A stretch of 46,607 bases of DNA, from the NCBI GenBank assembly GCA_003550565.1, contig PUKQ01000188.1, forward strand, positions 1 to 46,607, read 5' to 3'. Below the pieces are notes generated by a model. That model saw nothing but the letters and a program-made list of their open reading frames with translations, ran no database searches and was not told the DNA's origin. Shown piece after piece: positions 17,581 to 28,077 of this stretch. This stretch comes from Syntrophomonadaceae bacterium (GTDB taxonomy: Bacteria > Bacillota > Dethiobacteria > DTU022 > PWGO01). Each line of letters begins with the position of its first letter. Within the stretch, counting starts at the first letter, position 1. The position numbers and the translations under genes are program-made.

Positions 17581-19065
17581 TTATGAATATGAAGAAGATT
17601 GGATTTTTTCCAGAGCTTGCTCCAACCGTTGTATTGTCTTTTCCTTTCCTAAAATCAAGATAGTTTCAATTAAATCGGGGCCCATAGTTTTTCCGGTTAC
17701 CGCTAATCTAACCGGTTTGTTTAATTGGCCTGCTGAAACGTCCAATTCCTTATGTGAATCTTGAAATGTTTTTTCAAGGTTTTCTCTGGTGAAATTATCT
17801 AATGCTTTAAGGTTATTGATAAGTGTTTTTAAAATACTATAAACTCCTTCTTTGCCAAATATTTTTTTTATGGCTGTTTCTTCGTAATAAAAATCATCGC
17901 AGAAAAAGTAGTCAACAGCATCAGCAAGTTCTTCGAAAGTCTTTACCCGATCATTCATCACATTAATAACAGCATTAACCTTTTGTTTCTGTTCGGTGGT
18001 AATATCTTCGGATACAAATCCCTTCTCTTGTAAAAATGGCAGAGAAAGCTCTGTAAGCCGGTCAGGGTCGCCTTCTTTAAAATAATGGCTGTTAATCCAG
18101 GTAATCTTTTTAATATCATAAATAGCAGCAGTTTTTACCACTCTATCTAAAGAAAAATGATTTTTTATTTCTTCTAACGGTAAGATCTCTTCTTCCCCGG
18201 GCGGTGACCATCCAAGTAGAGCCAGATAATTGATTACTGCTTCCGGTAGATATCCTTTTTCCTTAAATTCTTGAACGGAAGTCGCCCCATGTCTTTTACT
18301 TAATTTGCTTTTATCCGGTGCCAAAATCATAGGTACATGAGCATAATCAGACATTGAATATTTCAAAGCGCTGCAGATAAGCTGTTGCCGAGGAGTGTTG
18401 GAAAGATGCTCTTCAGCCCTTATTACATGAGATATTTTCATATGCCAATCATCAACAACAGTGGCAAAATTATATGTAGGCGAACCATTAGATTTTAATA
18501 TAATAAAATCATCTAGATGTATATTAGCAAAGCTTACTTCTCCTCTTATGAGATCATCAACTACAGTTTCTCCTTCATCGGGGGACAAAAAGCGAATAAC
18601 CGTGTTTTCCATATCTTCTCCCGGGGAAATATGATCGTTTTTCCCGCTTTTTTCCCGGCATGTCCCGGGATAGATAAACGGCTGTCCTTTTTGCCGGTAT
18701 TTTTCTCTTTCTCGGGCCAGTTCTTCCACAGTACAATAACAACGGTAAGCTTTGCCTGCTTCTAAAAGTCGATTAACTTCGTTAATGTAAAGCTCATACC
18801 TCTGAGATTGAAAATATGGACTATATTCTCCCCCTTTTTCCGGTCCTTCATCCCAATCCAAGCCTAACCAGCGCATTGCTTCTAATATACCTTTCCAATA
18901 ATATTCATGAGAACGTTCCGTGTCTGTATCATCGATGCGTAAAACAAATGCGCCGTTGTTTTTTCGCGCAAACAACCAATTAAATAAAGCTGTTCTCGCT
19001 CCGCCGATATGTAATTCTCCCGTTGGGCTGGGCGCAAATCTTACTCTTATTGGTGACAAATACAA
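17581..19065 (-). CDS. gltX: Glutamate--tRNA ligase
   Basis: RFAPSPTG, HIGG, CYC zinc motif, KLSKR. Confidence 0.96.
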   Translation of the reverse strand: MYLSPIRVRFAPSPTGELHIGGARTALFNWLFARKNNGAFVLRIDDTDTERSHEYYWKGILEAMRWLGLDWDEGPEKGGEYSPYFQSQRYELYINEVNRLLEAGKAYRCYCTVEELAREREKYRQKGQPFIYPGTCREKSGKNDHISPGEDMENTVIRFLSPDEGETVVDDLIRGEVSFANIHLDDFIILKSNGSPTYNFATVVDDWHMKISHVIRAEEHLSNTPRQQLICSALKYSMSDYAHVPMILAPDKSKLSKRHGATSVQEFKEKGYLPEAVINYLALLGWSPPGEEEILPLEEIKNHFSLDRVVKTAAIYDIKKITWINSHYFKEGDPDRLTELSLPFLQEKGFVSEDITTEQKQKVNAVINVMNDRVKTFEELADAVDYFFCDDFYYEETAIKKIFGKEGVYSILKTLINNLKALDNFTRENLEKTFQDSHKELDVSAGQLNKPVRLAVTGKTMGPDLIETILILGKEKTIQRLEQALEKIQSSSYS

Positions 19066-19109
19066 CCACTCCTATCCATATATATAAGTTACTTGCTGCT
19101 TTTTTTTGT

Positions 19110-20060
19110 TTATTTGGTTTCAAATAGTTCGCTAATAGAGCGTTCCTCATGAATTCTGATGATTGCTTCGCCCATTAAATCAGCCACAGATAAAGTTTTA
19201 ATTAAATTAATTGTTTTTTCCGGTGGCAGTTGTATTGTGTTTGTTGCCACTACTTCTTTGATGACAGAATCCTTTAATTTTTCTACTGAAGAACCTGATA
19301 ATACGGGATGGGTACAGCAGGCATAAACTTCATGCGCACCTTCTTCCAGTAAAGTCTTGGCTCCCAATACAATTGTTTCGGCGGTATCTATCATATCATC
19401 TACCATGATAGCGGTTTTACCTTTTACATCACCTATAATGCTATAAACCTCAGCTTCATTGGGAGCTTTCCTCCTTTTATCAACAATGGCAATGGGCATA
19501 TCCAAGAAATCAGCCAAATGCCTGGCCCTGGTTACTCCACCCAGGTCAGGAGAAACCACGACTCCTGCAGATACCTGTTGATCCCGAAAATAATTAGCTA
19601 ATAGCGGAATGCTGGTCAGATGATCAAAAGGGATATTAAAGAATCCTTGAATTTGTCCGGCGTGAAGATCCATAGCCACAACTCTATTTGCGCCCGCAGC
19701 AGTGAGTAAATCAGCAATAAGCTTTGCTGTAATAGGGTCTCGCGCTCTAGTTTTGCGATCTTGCCGGGCATAACCGTAATAAGGTATCACTGCGTTTACC
19801 GATCTGGACGAAGCGCGTTTAAGAGCGTCAATTAAAATAAGCAGTTCGATAATATTTTCATTGATAGGCGCACTTAGGGATTGAATTATAAATACATCTT
19901 GCCCCCTTACGCTTTCTTGGATGCCAATAGAAGTTTCTCCGTCGCTAAAACGGCCTAGCTGGGCTTTACCTAAAGATAACCCGATATATTGAGCAATTTG
20001 TTCGGCCAACGGCTGGTTAGACGAGCCGCTAAATACTTTCAACTTATTATTAGATCTCAC
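19110..20060 (-). CDS. prs: Ribose-phosphate pyrophosphokinase
   Basis: [41 protein letters not shown]. Confidence 0.96.
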   Translation of the reverse strand: MRSNNKLKVFSGSSNQPLAEQIAQYIGLSLGKAQLGRFSDGETSIGIQESVRGQDVFIIQSLSAPINENIIELLILIDALKRASSRSVNAVIPYYGYARQDRKTRARDPITAKLIADLLTAAGANRVVAMDLHAGQIQGFFNIPFDHLTSIPLLANYFRDQQVSAGVVVSPDLGGVTRARHLADFLDMPIAIVDKRRKAPNEAEVYSIIGDVKGKTAIMVDDMIDTAETIVLGAKTLLEEGAHEVYACCTHPVLSGSSVEKLKDSVIKEVVATNTIQLPPEKTINLIKTLSVADLMGEAIIRIHEERSISELFETK

Positions 20061-20148
20061 TATAAATTACCACCTTTTAAAATATTAGTTTTATTAACTT
20101 TAAAAACGAGTGATAACTAATATATTAAGATGTTATATACAATGTAAT

Positions 20149-20949
20149 TTACTCAATACGTGCATCATCTAATGCTGCTTCACAGGAGCACTGCTTATGA
20201 TCGGGAAAATTATCTATTGTTTCGTAAAGCAGTGTACGGAGCTTATCGTTGTTTTGTTTAAAAACTTTAAAAACTTCTTCTTTGGTAACAGGAGCAATAT
20301 CTTCCTGTCCTTCTAATCCTGCATCATAATCTGTAATTAAAGAAATATTTACATAGCATAATCCTAATTCTCTTGCCAGAATACTTTCAGGGTATTGGGT
20401 CATATTAATAACCTCCCAACCCATTTGATGAAACCATTTGCTTTCAGCGCGGGTTGAGAAACGCGGCCCTTGAATTACAACGACAACGCCTCTTTCATGC
20501 ACGGCATAATTTAATTCATGAGCTTTTTTAATAACTAATTCTCTTAATTGAGGGCAATATGGGTCAGCACCACTAATATGTGTAGCAACCGGGCCATCAT
20601 AAAATGTGTCTTTCCTACCTGAAGTCCGATCTACAAATTGATCGGCAATAACAAAATCTCCGGGTTTAACATTCGTTTGTAAACTGCCCGCAGCACAGGG
20701 GCCAATAATTGATTTTACACCTAATTTATACATAGCATACACATTAGCTCTGTAATTAATCATATGTGGCGGTAATGAATGATCTTTTCCGTGGCGAGGC
20801 AAAAAAGCAACTTTTTTGCCTTTTAAATTTGCTAAAGTTACTTTTTCACTGGGAAAACCATAGGGAGTTTCCACTTTTATTACCTCTACATCTTCCAAAA
20901 ACTCATAAAATCCGGATCCTCCAAAAACTCCAATTTCTGCGTAACTCAT
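20149..20949 (-). CDS. mtnP: S-methyl-5'-thioadenosine phosphorylase
   Basis: IGVFGGSG, LPRHG, INYRAN, QGPRFSTRAES, NMT, ITDYDAG. Start moved to ATG 20949 after AAGGAG. Confidence 0.92.
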   Translation of the reverse strand: MSYAEIGVFGGSGFYEFLEDVEVIKVETPYGFPSEKVTLANLKGKKVAFLPRHGKDHSLPPHMINYRANVYAMYKLGVKSIIGPCAAGSLQTNVKPGDFVIADQFVDRTSGRKDTFYDGPVATHISGADPYCPQLRELVIKKAHELNYAVHERGVVVVIQGPRFSTRAESKWFHQMGWEVINMTQYPESILARELGLCYVNISLITDYDAGLEGQEDIAPVTKEEVFKVFKQNNDKLRTLLYETIDNFPDHKQCSCEAALDDARIE

Positions 20950-20998
20950 AAAAAGCACTCCTTTGTTATAAGATTTTCGAATTTTATTATTTGTGAAT

Positions 20999-21544
20999 TT
21001 AACTCTCGTAACTTGCCAAAGAAAATATTTCATAATCTTGGAGTAGATCTCTACCATTTAGAAAAGATAATTCTACCAGCAGGGCAATGCCCCCTACTTT
21101 TCCCCCGCATTTCTCTACCAGGCTTGTGGTGGCTTTTAAAGTTCCTCCTGTAGCTAATAAATCATCGATGATAATAGTGTTAGTGCCTTTTACCAGCGCA
21201 TCTTCATGCATTTCTACCGTGGCTTCCCCATATTCTAGACTATAACTTTCTTTCAAAGTTGCATATGGCAATTTTCCTTCTTTTCTAACGGGAATAAAAG
21301 GCACCTGCAAATTATACGCGAGGGCGCCGCCGAAAATAAAACCTCGGGACTCCACACCTATAATGGCTTCTGCTTTATTTTGTTCACAAAACATATAGAA
21401 ATAATCCAGTACCTTTTTAAATAATAAGCCGTTTTGAAGCAATGTAGTTATATCTCTAAAAATTATTCCTTCCTTGGGAAAATCGTAAACATCTCTAATT
21501 GATCGCTTTATTTCTTCTTGAAAGTTTTTATCTATCTCTACCAA
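20999..21544 (-). CDS. apt: Adenine phosphoribosyltransferase
   Basis: DFPKEGIIFRDIT, ESRGF, RKEGKLP, LEYG, IDDLLATGGT. Confidence 0.96.
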   Translation of the reverse strand: MVEIDKNFQEEIKRSIRDVYDFPKEGIIFRDITTLLQNGLLFKKVLDYFYMFCEQNKAEAIIGVESRGFIFGGALAYNLQVPFIPVRKEGKLPYATLKESYSLEYGEATVEMHEDALVKGTNTIIIDDLLATGGTLKATTSLVEKCGGKVGGIALLVELSFLNGRDLLQDYEIFSLASYES

Positions 21545-21585
21545 ATTATCTCACTCCTTTCAAATAAATTAAGTTTATTAAACAT

Positions 21586-21652
21586 GTAGCACGTACCCCG
21601 TCCCCCTGCTACATTCCCTTGCTGTGTAGCAAGGGGACGGGGTACGTGCTAC
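21586..21652. repeat. REP-like 28-bp inverted repeat (GTAG-tagged doublet)
   Basis: GTAGCACGTACCCCGTCCCCCTGCTACA (21586-21613) and TGTAGCAAGGGGACGGGGTACGTGCTAC (21625-21652) pair at 27/28 positions; each arm is itself bounded by TGTAGCA/TGCTAC. Confidence 0.85.
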
Positions 21653-21660
21653 GTTCATAA

Positions 21661-22701
21661 TCAACTACGGGTATTATAATAATATGATAAGTTTTTTGGA
21701 TAAGGTGGCTTTATTACCGCCCTTTCAGTTATAATGGCATTAATATATTTGGCCGGTGTTATGTCGAATGCCGGATTCCATACGCCGGCTCCTTCAGGGG
21801 CAATTCTTTGCCCATAGATATGTGTTACTTCTTCATACTTTCTTTCTTCAATAGGGACTTCTTTTCCTTCAAATAAATTAAAATCTATAGTAGAAAATGG
21901 TGCGGCCACATAAAACGGAATTTCATGCTCTTTTGCTAAAACTGCCAATCCATAAGTGCCTATTTTATTGGCGGTATCTCCATTGGCAGTTATCCGGTCC
22001 GCACCAACTATAACTAAATCTACTTTACCCAAACTCATTAAGCTGGCTGCCATGTTATCAGTAATAAGAACTGCGGGGATGTTTTCTTGAAGCATTTCCC
22101 ACATTGTTAATCTGGCACCCTGTAATAAAGGCCTGGTTTCATTTACATATGCTGTTATATTTTTGCCTGCCTTATGAGCTGCTCTAACCACGCCTAATGA
22201 TGTGCCATATCCTGCTGTAGCCAAAGCACCGGCATTACAATGATTCAAAATACTTGCTTGATATGGAATCAATGCATTTCCGTTATTTCCAATAGCCATA
22301 TTTGTTTCTATATCTTCATGAAAAATCTGGTGTGCTTCTTCCAGTAAAACACTTTTAAGCTTTTCGGTTTCGGTTATATTTTCTCTTTTCAATTTATTAA
22401 TCATGCGATTTAAACTCCACTGAAGATTGACAGCTGTAGGCCTGGTCAAAAATAATTCATGAGCTACCTCTTCGGTTTTATTAATCAACTTATCTTTTGT
22501 TGGAAAAGTTATGTTCATAATTCCCAGCACAAGCCCATAGGCTGCAGCCACACCTATTGCAGGAGCTCCTCTTACACTTAAGTTATTAATTGCCTCAGCT
22601 ACACATTGATAGTCGCTACAATAAATATACTCACTTTTTTGTGGTAATTTGGTTTGATCGAGAATTTTGAGTTGATTATTTTCCCAAAATAGTGATTTCA
22701 T
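21661..22701 (-). CDS. mtnA: S-methyl-5-thioribose-1-phosphate isomerase
   Basis: LDQTKLP, VRGAPAIG, RPTAVNL, HCNAGALAT, ETRPLLQGARLT, ANKIGTY, NPAFDITP. Confidence 0.95.
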   Translation of the reverse strand: MKSLFWENNQLKILDQTKLPQKSEYIYCSDYQCVAEAINNLSVRGAPAIGVAAAYGLVLGIMNITFPTKDKLINKTEEVAHELFLTRPTAVNLQWSLNRMINKLKRENITETEKLKSVLLEEAHQIFHEDIETNMAIGNNGNALIPYQASILNHCNAGALATAGYGTSLGVVRAAHKAGKNITAYVNETRPLLQGARLTMWEMLQENIPAVLITDNMAASLMSLGKVDLVIVGADRITANGDTANKIGTYGLAVLAKEHEIPFYVAAPFSTIDFNLFEGKEVPIEERKYEEVTHIYGQRIAPEGAGVWNPAFDITPAKYINAIITERAVIKPPYPKNLSYYYNTRS

Positions 22702-22823
22702 ATGCCTTCCTTTTTATATGATTAATATGAATTATAAATTAAACGTGCCCATAAAAAATATCCTAAGCTGCAATATTTTGTCAAACTATATTTGCCTGAT
22801 TGCAAGCAAGATATAAAATAATC

Positions 22824-22855
22824 AAGGCCGAGATACATAAAGGTAGGTCGGCCTT
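22824..22855 (-). terminator. Probable terminator hairpin downstream of metK
   Basis: AAGGCCGA...TCGGCCTT inverted repeat followed by a T-rich run on the minus strand. Confidence 0.45.
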
Positions 22856-22947
22856 AATTATTATTTCGTTACGGGTAAGGTACATTAGATTAAGCCCTAC
22901 ACGTATTTATGTTGTATTATATGATAGTTAATTCTTCAAATTTTTAT

Positions 22948-24153
22948 TTAAGACTTAGCTTCTTTTGCTTTTTCTTTTAATAATTCTACCTTATCTGTTT
23001 TTTCCCAGGTTAGATCAAGATCCTCGCGACCAAAATGTCCGTATGCAGCAATATTTCTGTAAATCGGCCTCCTTAATTGCAGGTTATCGATAATGGCCTG
23101 AGGCCTTAAATCAAATACTTCACGCACTATATTAGTTATTTGGTTTTCGGGTATTTTATTTGTGCCAAAAGTATCAATCAATAAAGAAACCGGTTTTGCA
23201 ACTCCAATGGCATAAGCTACCTGTATTTCACATTTACTTGCCAGCCCGGCAGCAACAATATTTTTTGCCACGTAACGTGCAGCGTAAGCTCCGGAACGGT
23301 CTACCTTTGTAGGATCCTTACCTGAAAATGCTCCTCCGCCGTGGCGAGCAAAACCTCCATAAGTATCTACTATTATTTTACGGCCTGTCAGGCCGGCATC
23401 CCCCATAGGTCCACCCACCACGAAACGCCCGGTAGGATTTACATAAAAGCGGGTGTTATTATCAATCAACTCGGCGGGAACAATTTCTTTGATAACTTTT
23501 TCAATTATATCTGATTTTATCTCTTCGGTAGTAACATCCTCACGATGCTGAGAAGATACTACCACAACATCTACTCTTGATGGCTTATCGTTTTCATATT
23601 CCACGGTCACCTGAGTTTTATCATCCGGCCTTAGATAGTCGAGGATACCATTTTTGCGGACAAATGTAAGGCGTTGAGACAATTTATGAGCAAGTGAAAT
23701 TGGCATTGGCATTAGCTCTGGGGTTTCATCGCAGGCAAATCCTACCATCATTCCTTGATCTCCGGCACCTATTTTATTATATTGATTTTCCCGATCTTGT
23801 TCGGATTTATATTCCATTGAAGCGTCAACACCCATAGCAATATCAGGAGATTGCTCATCAATAGAACTTAAAACCGCGCAGGTATCTCCATCAAAACCGA
23901 ACTTGGCTCTGGTATAGCCAATTTCCCTTACCTTATTTCTCACAATGGTGGGGATGTCCACATAACATTCCGTTGTTATTTCCCCGGCCACAAAAACCAA
24001 TCCGGTAGTTACTAAAGTTTCGGCAGCTACCCGACCCATGGGATCATGTTCCAAAATGGCATCAAGGATAGCATCTGAAACCTGGTCGGCAATCTTATCC
24101 GGATGTCCTTCTGTTACAGATTCTGAAGTAAATAAGACTCTTTCTTTTGTCAA
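22948..24153 (-). CDS. metK: S-adenosylmethionine synthetase
   Basis: [42 protein letters not shown]. Confidence 0.97.
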   Translation of the reverse strand: MTKERVLFTSESVTEGHPDKIADQVSDAILDAILEHDPMGRVAAETLVTTGLVFVAGEITTECYVDIPTIVRNKVREIGYTRAKFGFDGDTCAVLSSIDEQSPDIAMGVDASMEYKSEQDRENQYNKIGAGDQGMMVGFACDETPELMPMPISLAHKLSQRLTFVRKNGILDYLRPDDKTQVTVEYENDKPSRVDVVVVSSQHREDVTTEEIKSDIIEKVIKEIVPAELIDNNTRFYVNPTGRFVVGGPMGDAGLTGRKIIVDTYGGFARHGGGAFSGKDPTKVDRSGAYAARYVAKNIVAAGLASKCEIQVAYAIGVAKPVSLLIDTFGTNKIPENQITNIVREVFDLRPQAIIDNLQLRRPIYRNIAAYGHFGREDLDLTWEKTDKVELLKEKAKEAKS

Positions 24154-24195
24154 TTTAATGTTTCCTCCTTTGTAATATTTTTAATTAAACAAAAC

Positions 24196-24351
24196 AAAAA
24201 CCCCTTTGAAAAAAGAGGTTTGTAATGCCAACCTCCCCTATCTTTGAGAATAATTGTAATTACCATTATTCCCCGGGAATTAGCACCGCTAGCTCTTACG
24301 CCCGGTTGCTGGACTTCATAGGGCCCGTCCCTCCATCTCTCTTGATAAGAG
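24196..24351 (-). promoter_or_regulatory. SAM-I (S-box) riboswitch with terminator
   Basis: CTCTTATCAAGAG..GGAGGGACGGGCCC.ATGAAG..CAGCAACC...GGTGCTAATTCC...AAAGATAGGGG (24351-24235); terminator AAACCTCTTT/AAAGGGGTTT plus T tract. Confidence 0.95.
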
Positions 24352-24380
24352 TATATTTTATTATTGCTTCAACGTTGTAA

Positions 24381-24409
24381 AGTATACTTCAGCCCTAAAG
24401 TATTGTCAA
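24381..24409 (-). promoter_or_regulatory. sigma-A promoter of S-box-metK
   Basis: TTGACA (24409-24404), 17 nt spacer, TATACT (24386-24381). Confidence 0.75.
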
Positions 24410-24572
24410 TATACAATAAACGGTTTAAACCCTTTTTTACAGGCATTGATTAGATTTTATAAGGATTTGATTCGCATTTTCTTTAATTTAAGCTTACTTG
24501 CTATTTATTTTTCGGCATATGTAAAAAGCATTTATTTAAATATCTTTAAAAAAGGACTATTAATGGCGAAAA

Positions 24573-25709
24573 TTATCCCAGAATAGATAAAAGGATACCT
24601 GCTGCAATGGCAGAACCAATAACACCGGCCACATTTGGCCCCATTGCGTGCATCAATAAGTAATTATTGGGATTCGATTCTTTGCCTACTTTTTGAGAAC
24701 CTCTTGCAGCCATAGGAATTGCGGAAACTCCTGCCGAGCCTATAAGCGGATTTATTTTTCCACCGGAAAGCTTGTACATAATTTTCCCCATAATAACCCC
24801 CATAGCTGTGCCCAAAGCAAATGCACCCAGTCCCAATAGAATTATTGTTAAAGTATCTATAGTGAGAAAGTATTCCGCAGTTGCTTTTGCTCCAACAGAA
24901 AGGCCTAAAAATATAACTACTATATTATTAAGTTCATTTTGAGAGGCTTTACTTAATCGATCAGTTACACCGGACTCACGAAATAGATTACCTAACATTA
25001 ACATTCCTATTAATGGTAAAGCTTCCGGTATTAATAATCCTGAGAGAATGGTAACAATAATGGGGAAAAGTATTTTTTCTCTTTTGGAAACTAACCTTAA
25101 TTGTTCCATTTCTACATTTCTTTCTTTATTGGTTGTAAGTAGTTTCATAATAGGTGGCTGAATTAAAGGCACCAATGCCATATAAGAATAAGCAGCAATG
25201 GCAACTGAACCTAAAATTTCCGGTGCCAAAAGATTAGATAAAAAAATGGCTGTTGGGCCATCCGCGCCCCCGATAATTCCGATGGAACCTGCTTCCTGAG
25301 GTGTGAATCCCAATAAAAGTGCACCCAAAAAAGTAGCAAAAATGCCGAACTGAGCTGCTGCCCCCAACAGCAAAGTTATGGGGTTGGCAATAAGAGGGCC
25401 AAAATCTGTCATAGCTCCTACACCCAAAAATATAAGAGGTGGATATATGCCTAAATCCACTCCCAGAGATATATAATGTAATAATCCACCGATTATGCCT
25501 TCGGCCATTTTGGGTTCTGCCATTAAATCGCTTAAAGGCAGGTTTATCAACAATGCTCCAAAACCTATAGGCACCAGTAACAAAGGCTCATATTTTTTTA
25601 CAATGCCCAAATAAAGTAATATACACGCAATTACCAGCATTGCCAGCTCAGAAATATTGAGGTGATAAAAACCGGTAGCTTGCATAAAATCCGAAAACAT
25701 CTCCAGCAT
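24573..25709 (-). CDS. Na+-translocating decarboxylase beta subunit (OadB/MmdB family)
   Basis: [60 protein letters not shown]. Confidence 0.95.
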   Translation of the reverse strand: MLEMFSDFMQATGFYHLNISELAMLVIACILLYLGIVKKYEPLLLVPIGFGALLINLPLSDLMAEPKMAEGIIGGLLHYISLGVDLGIYPPLIFLGVGAMTDFGPLIANPITLLLGAAAQFGIFATFLGALLLGFTPQEAGSIGIIGGADGPTAIFLSNLLAPEILGSVAIAAYSYMALVPLIQPPIMKLLTTNKERNVEMEQLRLVSKREKILFPIIVTILSGLLIPEALPLIGMLMLGNLFRESGVTDRLSKASQNELNNIVVIFLGLSVGAKATAEYFLTIDTLTIILLGLGAFALGTAMGVIMGKIMYKLSGGKINPLIGSAGVSAIPMAARGSQKVGKESNPNNYLLMHAMGPNVAGVIGSAIAAGILLSILG

Positions 25710-25782
25710 TAACACTTGCCTCCTTTACCTGCAGGAAAAAACATATCTACTAACAAAGCAATGCTTACTAAACCGGTAATAA

Positions 25783-26259
25783 TTATGCTTCAATTTTAAT
25801 CATAGGATCTTTGCTGTTAACTGAATCTCCTTTGGAAACCATTACTTGAGTAACTTTTCCTGATACGGGAGAAGTTACTTCATTTTCCATTTTCATTGCT
25901 TCCAAAATAATGAGCACCTGATCTTTACTAACCATATCACCCTCTGCTACCTTTACATCAATAATAGAACCCGGCATAGGGGCTGCTACAACTTCTTCAT
26001 GCGCAGAAGAAGTTCTTTCTGCAGCAGGAGCTTCTTTTGGAGTGGAATCTACAGAAGTATTGGCTTTTGGGTGATAAGGTTCTTTCTTCTCATCCGCTGC
26101 TCCAAGTGCTTCTTGCTTTTTTTCTAAGCCGGATTGTGAAGTATCTTTTACCTTCTTTTGTTCTTCGTAACGAGGTAAATCTTCGTTAGTTTTCACTTCT
26201 TCAACTTCTACATTAAAGGTCTCACCATCGACGGTAACCTTAAAAGATTTTCTTACCAC
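25783..26259 (-). CDS. Biotin carboxyl carrier subunit (MmdC-like)
   Basis: FKVTVDGETFNVEVEE, low-complexity linker, APMPG...LEAMKMENE biotinylation motif. Confidence 0.92.
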   Translation of the reverse strand: MVRKSFKVTVDGETFNVEVEEVKTNEDLPRYEEQKKVKDTSQSGLEKKQEALGAADEKKEPYHPKANTSVDSTPKEAPAAERTSSAHEEVVAAPMPGSIIDVKVAEGDMVSKDQVLIILEAMKMENEVTSPVSGKVTQVMVSKGDSVNSKDPMIKIEA

Positions 26260-26638
26260 TTTTTTCCCTCCTTAATTTTTCTAATTCTTTGCCCATATTT
26301 AAAAGCTCTTTTTTACCCTGTAGTGCCCATTTGCCGCTAAATTGCTCATAAACCGGTTCGATTTTTTTAATTGTATACTCCTTATCCGCATCAGATAAAT
26401 ATGCTGTTATGGCTGCAGTTATTGCCGCAATTTTGCTGGCGGGCTCTCCGCCTGATATAAATTGAAACCTGGGGAAATCTGCTTCTTCAATATTTATCAC
26501 TCTATCTTTATAAGAATCCTCTTTTAATCCAAAGAATTTCCCAATAAATAATATTATCAGGAAAAGTATAAAAAGTGTAAACAATACCAAAACAAATCCT
26601 AAAACCATTACTTCCAGCGCAAAAATTAAATCTTCCAT
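26240..26638 (-). CDS. OadG/MmdD family membrane-anchor subunit
   Basis: Single N-terminal TM (MVLGFVLVLFTL), IAAITAAI motif, W...G near the C-terminus; operon context. Confidence 0.82.
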   Translation of the reverse strand: MEDLIFALEVMVLGFVLVLFTLFILFLIILFIGKFFGLKEDSYKDRVINIEEADFPRFQFISGGEPASKIAAITAAITAYLSDADKEYTIKKIEPVYEQFSGKWALQGKKELLNMGKELEKLRREKSGKKIF

Positions 26639-26714
26639 AGAATCACCCTTCTATTCAATGACGCTTCATGTTATTGATAAAGGCAAATTAATCATATGTG
26701 TAAAATTACCTTAA

Positions 26715-27242
26715 TTATTTTACCAAAGATTGCCCATAACTAAAAGCTTTTATATTAATCTCGCTAGTATTTTTGGGAACTCTGGCCAGAATATATTTTT
26801 TAATTGTTTCCGGATTAACGGGAATATTACACCTACTTATAACTCCCAGGGAAACCATATTAGCAGTAATAGGATTCCTAATTTGCCTGTAAGCCGTTTC
26901 CATAATGGGATAACTATAATAATGCGCACGAAAAATTTTACCGTTAATGCTGTTATCATACAAAATTAAACCGCTATCTTTTATAGAGTAACGGTACTTT
27001 TCCAAAGCTGATTCTGTAAGGGCTAATAATATATCTGCTTCACGAACCAGGGGATAATCAATAGGCATATCGCTGATTATAACTTCAGCTCTGCTTGCTC
27101 CTCCCCTTGCTTCCGGACCATAACTCTGAGATTGAGTAACATATTTACCCTCGAAGGTAGCAGCTTCAGCCAGAATTATTGAGGATAAAATCAAACCCTG
27201 ACCACCGGAACCACTTAAGCGTATTTCAAAGTGACTGTCCAT
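26715..27242 (-). CDS. 2-oxoacid:ferredoxin oxidoreductase gamma subunit
   Basis: IRLSGSGGQG, SYGPEARGGASRAEV, ANMVSLG. Confidence 0.93.
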   Translation of the reverse strand: MDSHFEIRLSGSGGQGLILSSIILAEAATFEGKYVTQSQSYGPEARGGASRAEVIISDMPIDYPLVREADILLALTESALEKYRYSIKDSGLILYDNSINGKIFRAHYYSYPIMETAYRQIRNPITANMVSLGVISRCNIPVNPETIKKYILARVPKNTSEINIKAFSYGQSLVK

Positions 27243-27244
27243 AA

Positions 27245-28072
27245 TTAATACCTGCCTTGTTTGTCTGAAAATAATTGTTGTTTATATTCTTCCACATATT
27301 CCTGACGACGGGTATGGGAAAGCACACCCCTTAATATCTTATTTTTCTTTGCTTCAGAGGGCAGTCTATTTGCTGCTGTCATTGAAATGGTATTATCCCG
27401 CTGCCATTTTAACATTTCTACTGCCCCACCAATTTTACTCGCTCTTCCATAATGAACGGGGCATTGTGTAATTGCCTCCACCAATGAGAATCCCTTGTTT
27501 TCCAGGGCTTGCCTGATTAGTTCCTCTAGCTGCAAAGGATAAAAAGTTGCTCCTCTGGCTACAAATGTTGCTCCGGCAGTTATAGCCAATTCAGAGATTT
27601 TTAATGGTTCTTCAATATTACCATAAGGTGCAGTACGCGTGGAAACTTCCCGTGGTGTTAAAGGTGAACTTTGTCCCCCGGTCATGCCATAAATACTGTT
27701 GTTAAATACTATAGTGGTAATATTTATGTTTCTCCGGCAAGCATGTAAAAAATGATTTCCTCCGATAGCTGTTAAGTCGCCATCACCGGTCATCACAATT
27801 ACTTCCAGTTTAGGATTTCCCAATTTAACACCCGTAGCAAATGCCAAAGCTCTTCCGTGGGTGGTATGTAAAGTGTTAAAGTCAAGATACCCCGTAACCC
27901 GCGAAGAACACCCAATACCGGAAACCACTACGGTTTGATCAGGGTTAATTTTTAGATCATCAAATGATCTTAAGAAGGCCGAAGTTACAATGCCATTGCC
28001 ACAACCAGGGCACCATATATGAGGCATATTGCTTTTACGTAAATAATTAGTTACATTATATCTTTTTGGCAC
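27245..28072 (-). CDS. 2-oxoacid:ferredoxin oxidoreductase beta subunit
   Basis: WCPGCG, SGIGCS, HTTHGRA, TPP motif GDGD...NN, YGMTGGQ. Confidence 0.94.
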   Translation of the reverse strand: MPKRYNVTNYLRKSNMPHIWCPGCGNGIVTSAFLRSFDDLKINPDQTVVVSGIGCSSRVTGYLDFNTLHTTHGRALAFATGVKLGNPKLEVIVMTGDGDLTAIGGNHFLHACRRNINITTIVFNNSIYGMTGGQSSPLTPREVSTRTAPYGNIEEPLKISELAITAGATFVARGATFYPLQLEELIRQALENKGFSLVEAITQCPVHYGRASKIGGAVEMLKWQRDNTISMTAANRLPSEAKKNKILRGVLSHTRRQEYVEEYKQQLFSDKQGRY

Positions 28073-28077
28073 ACCAT

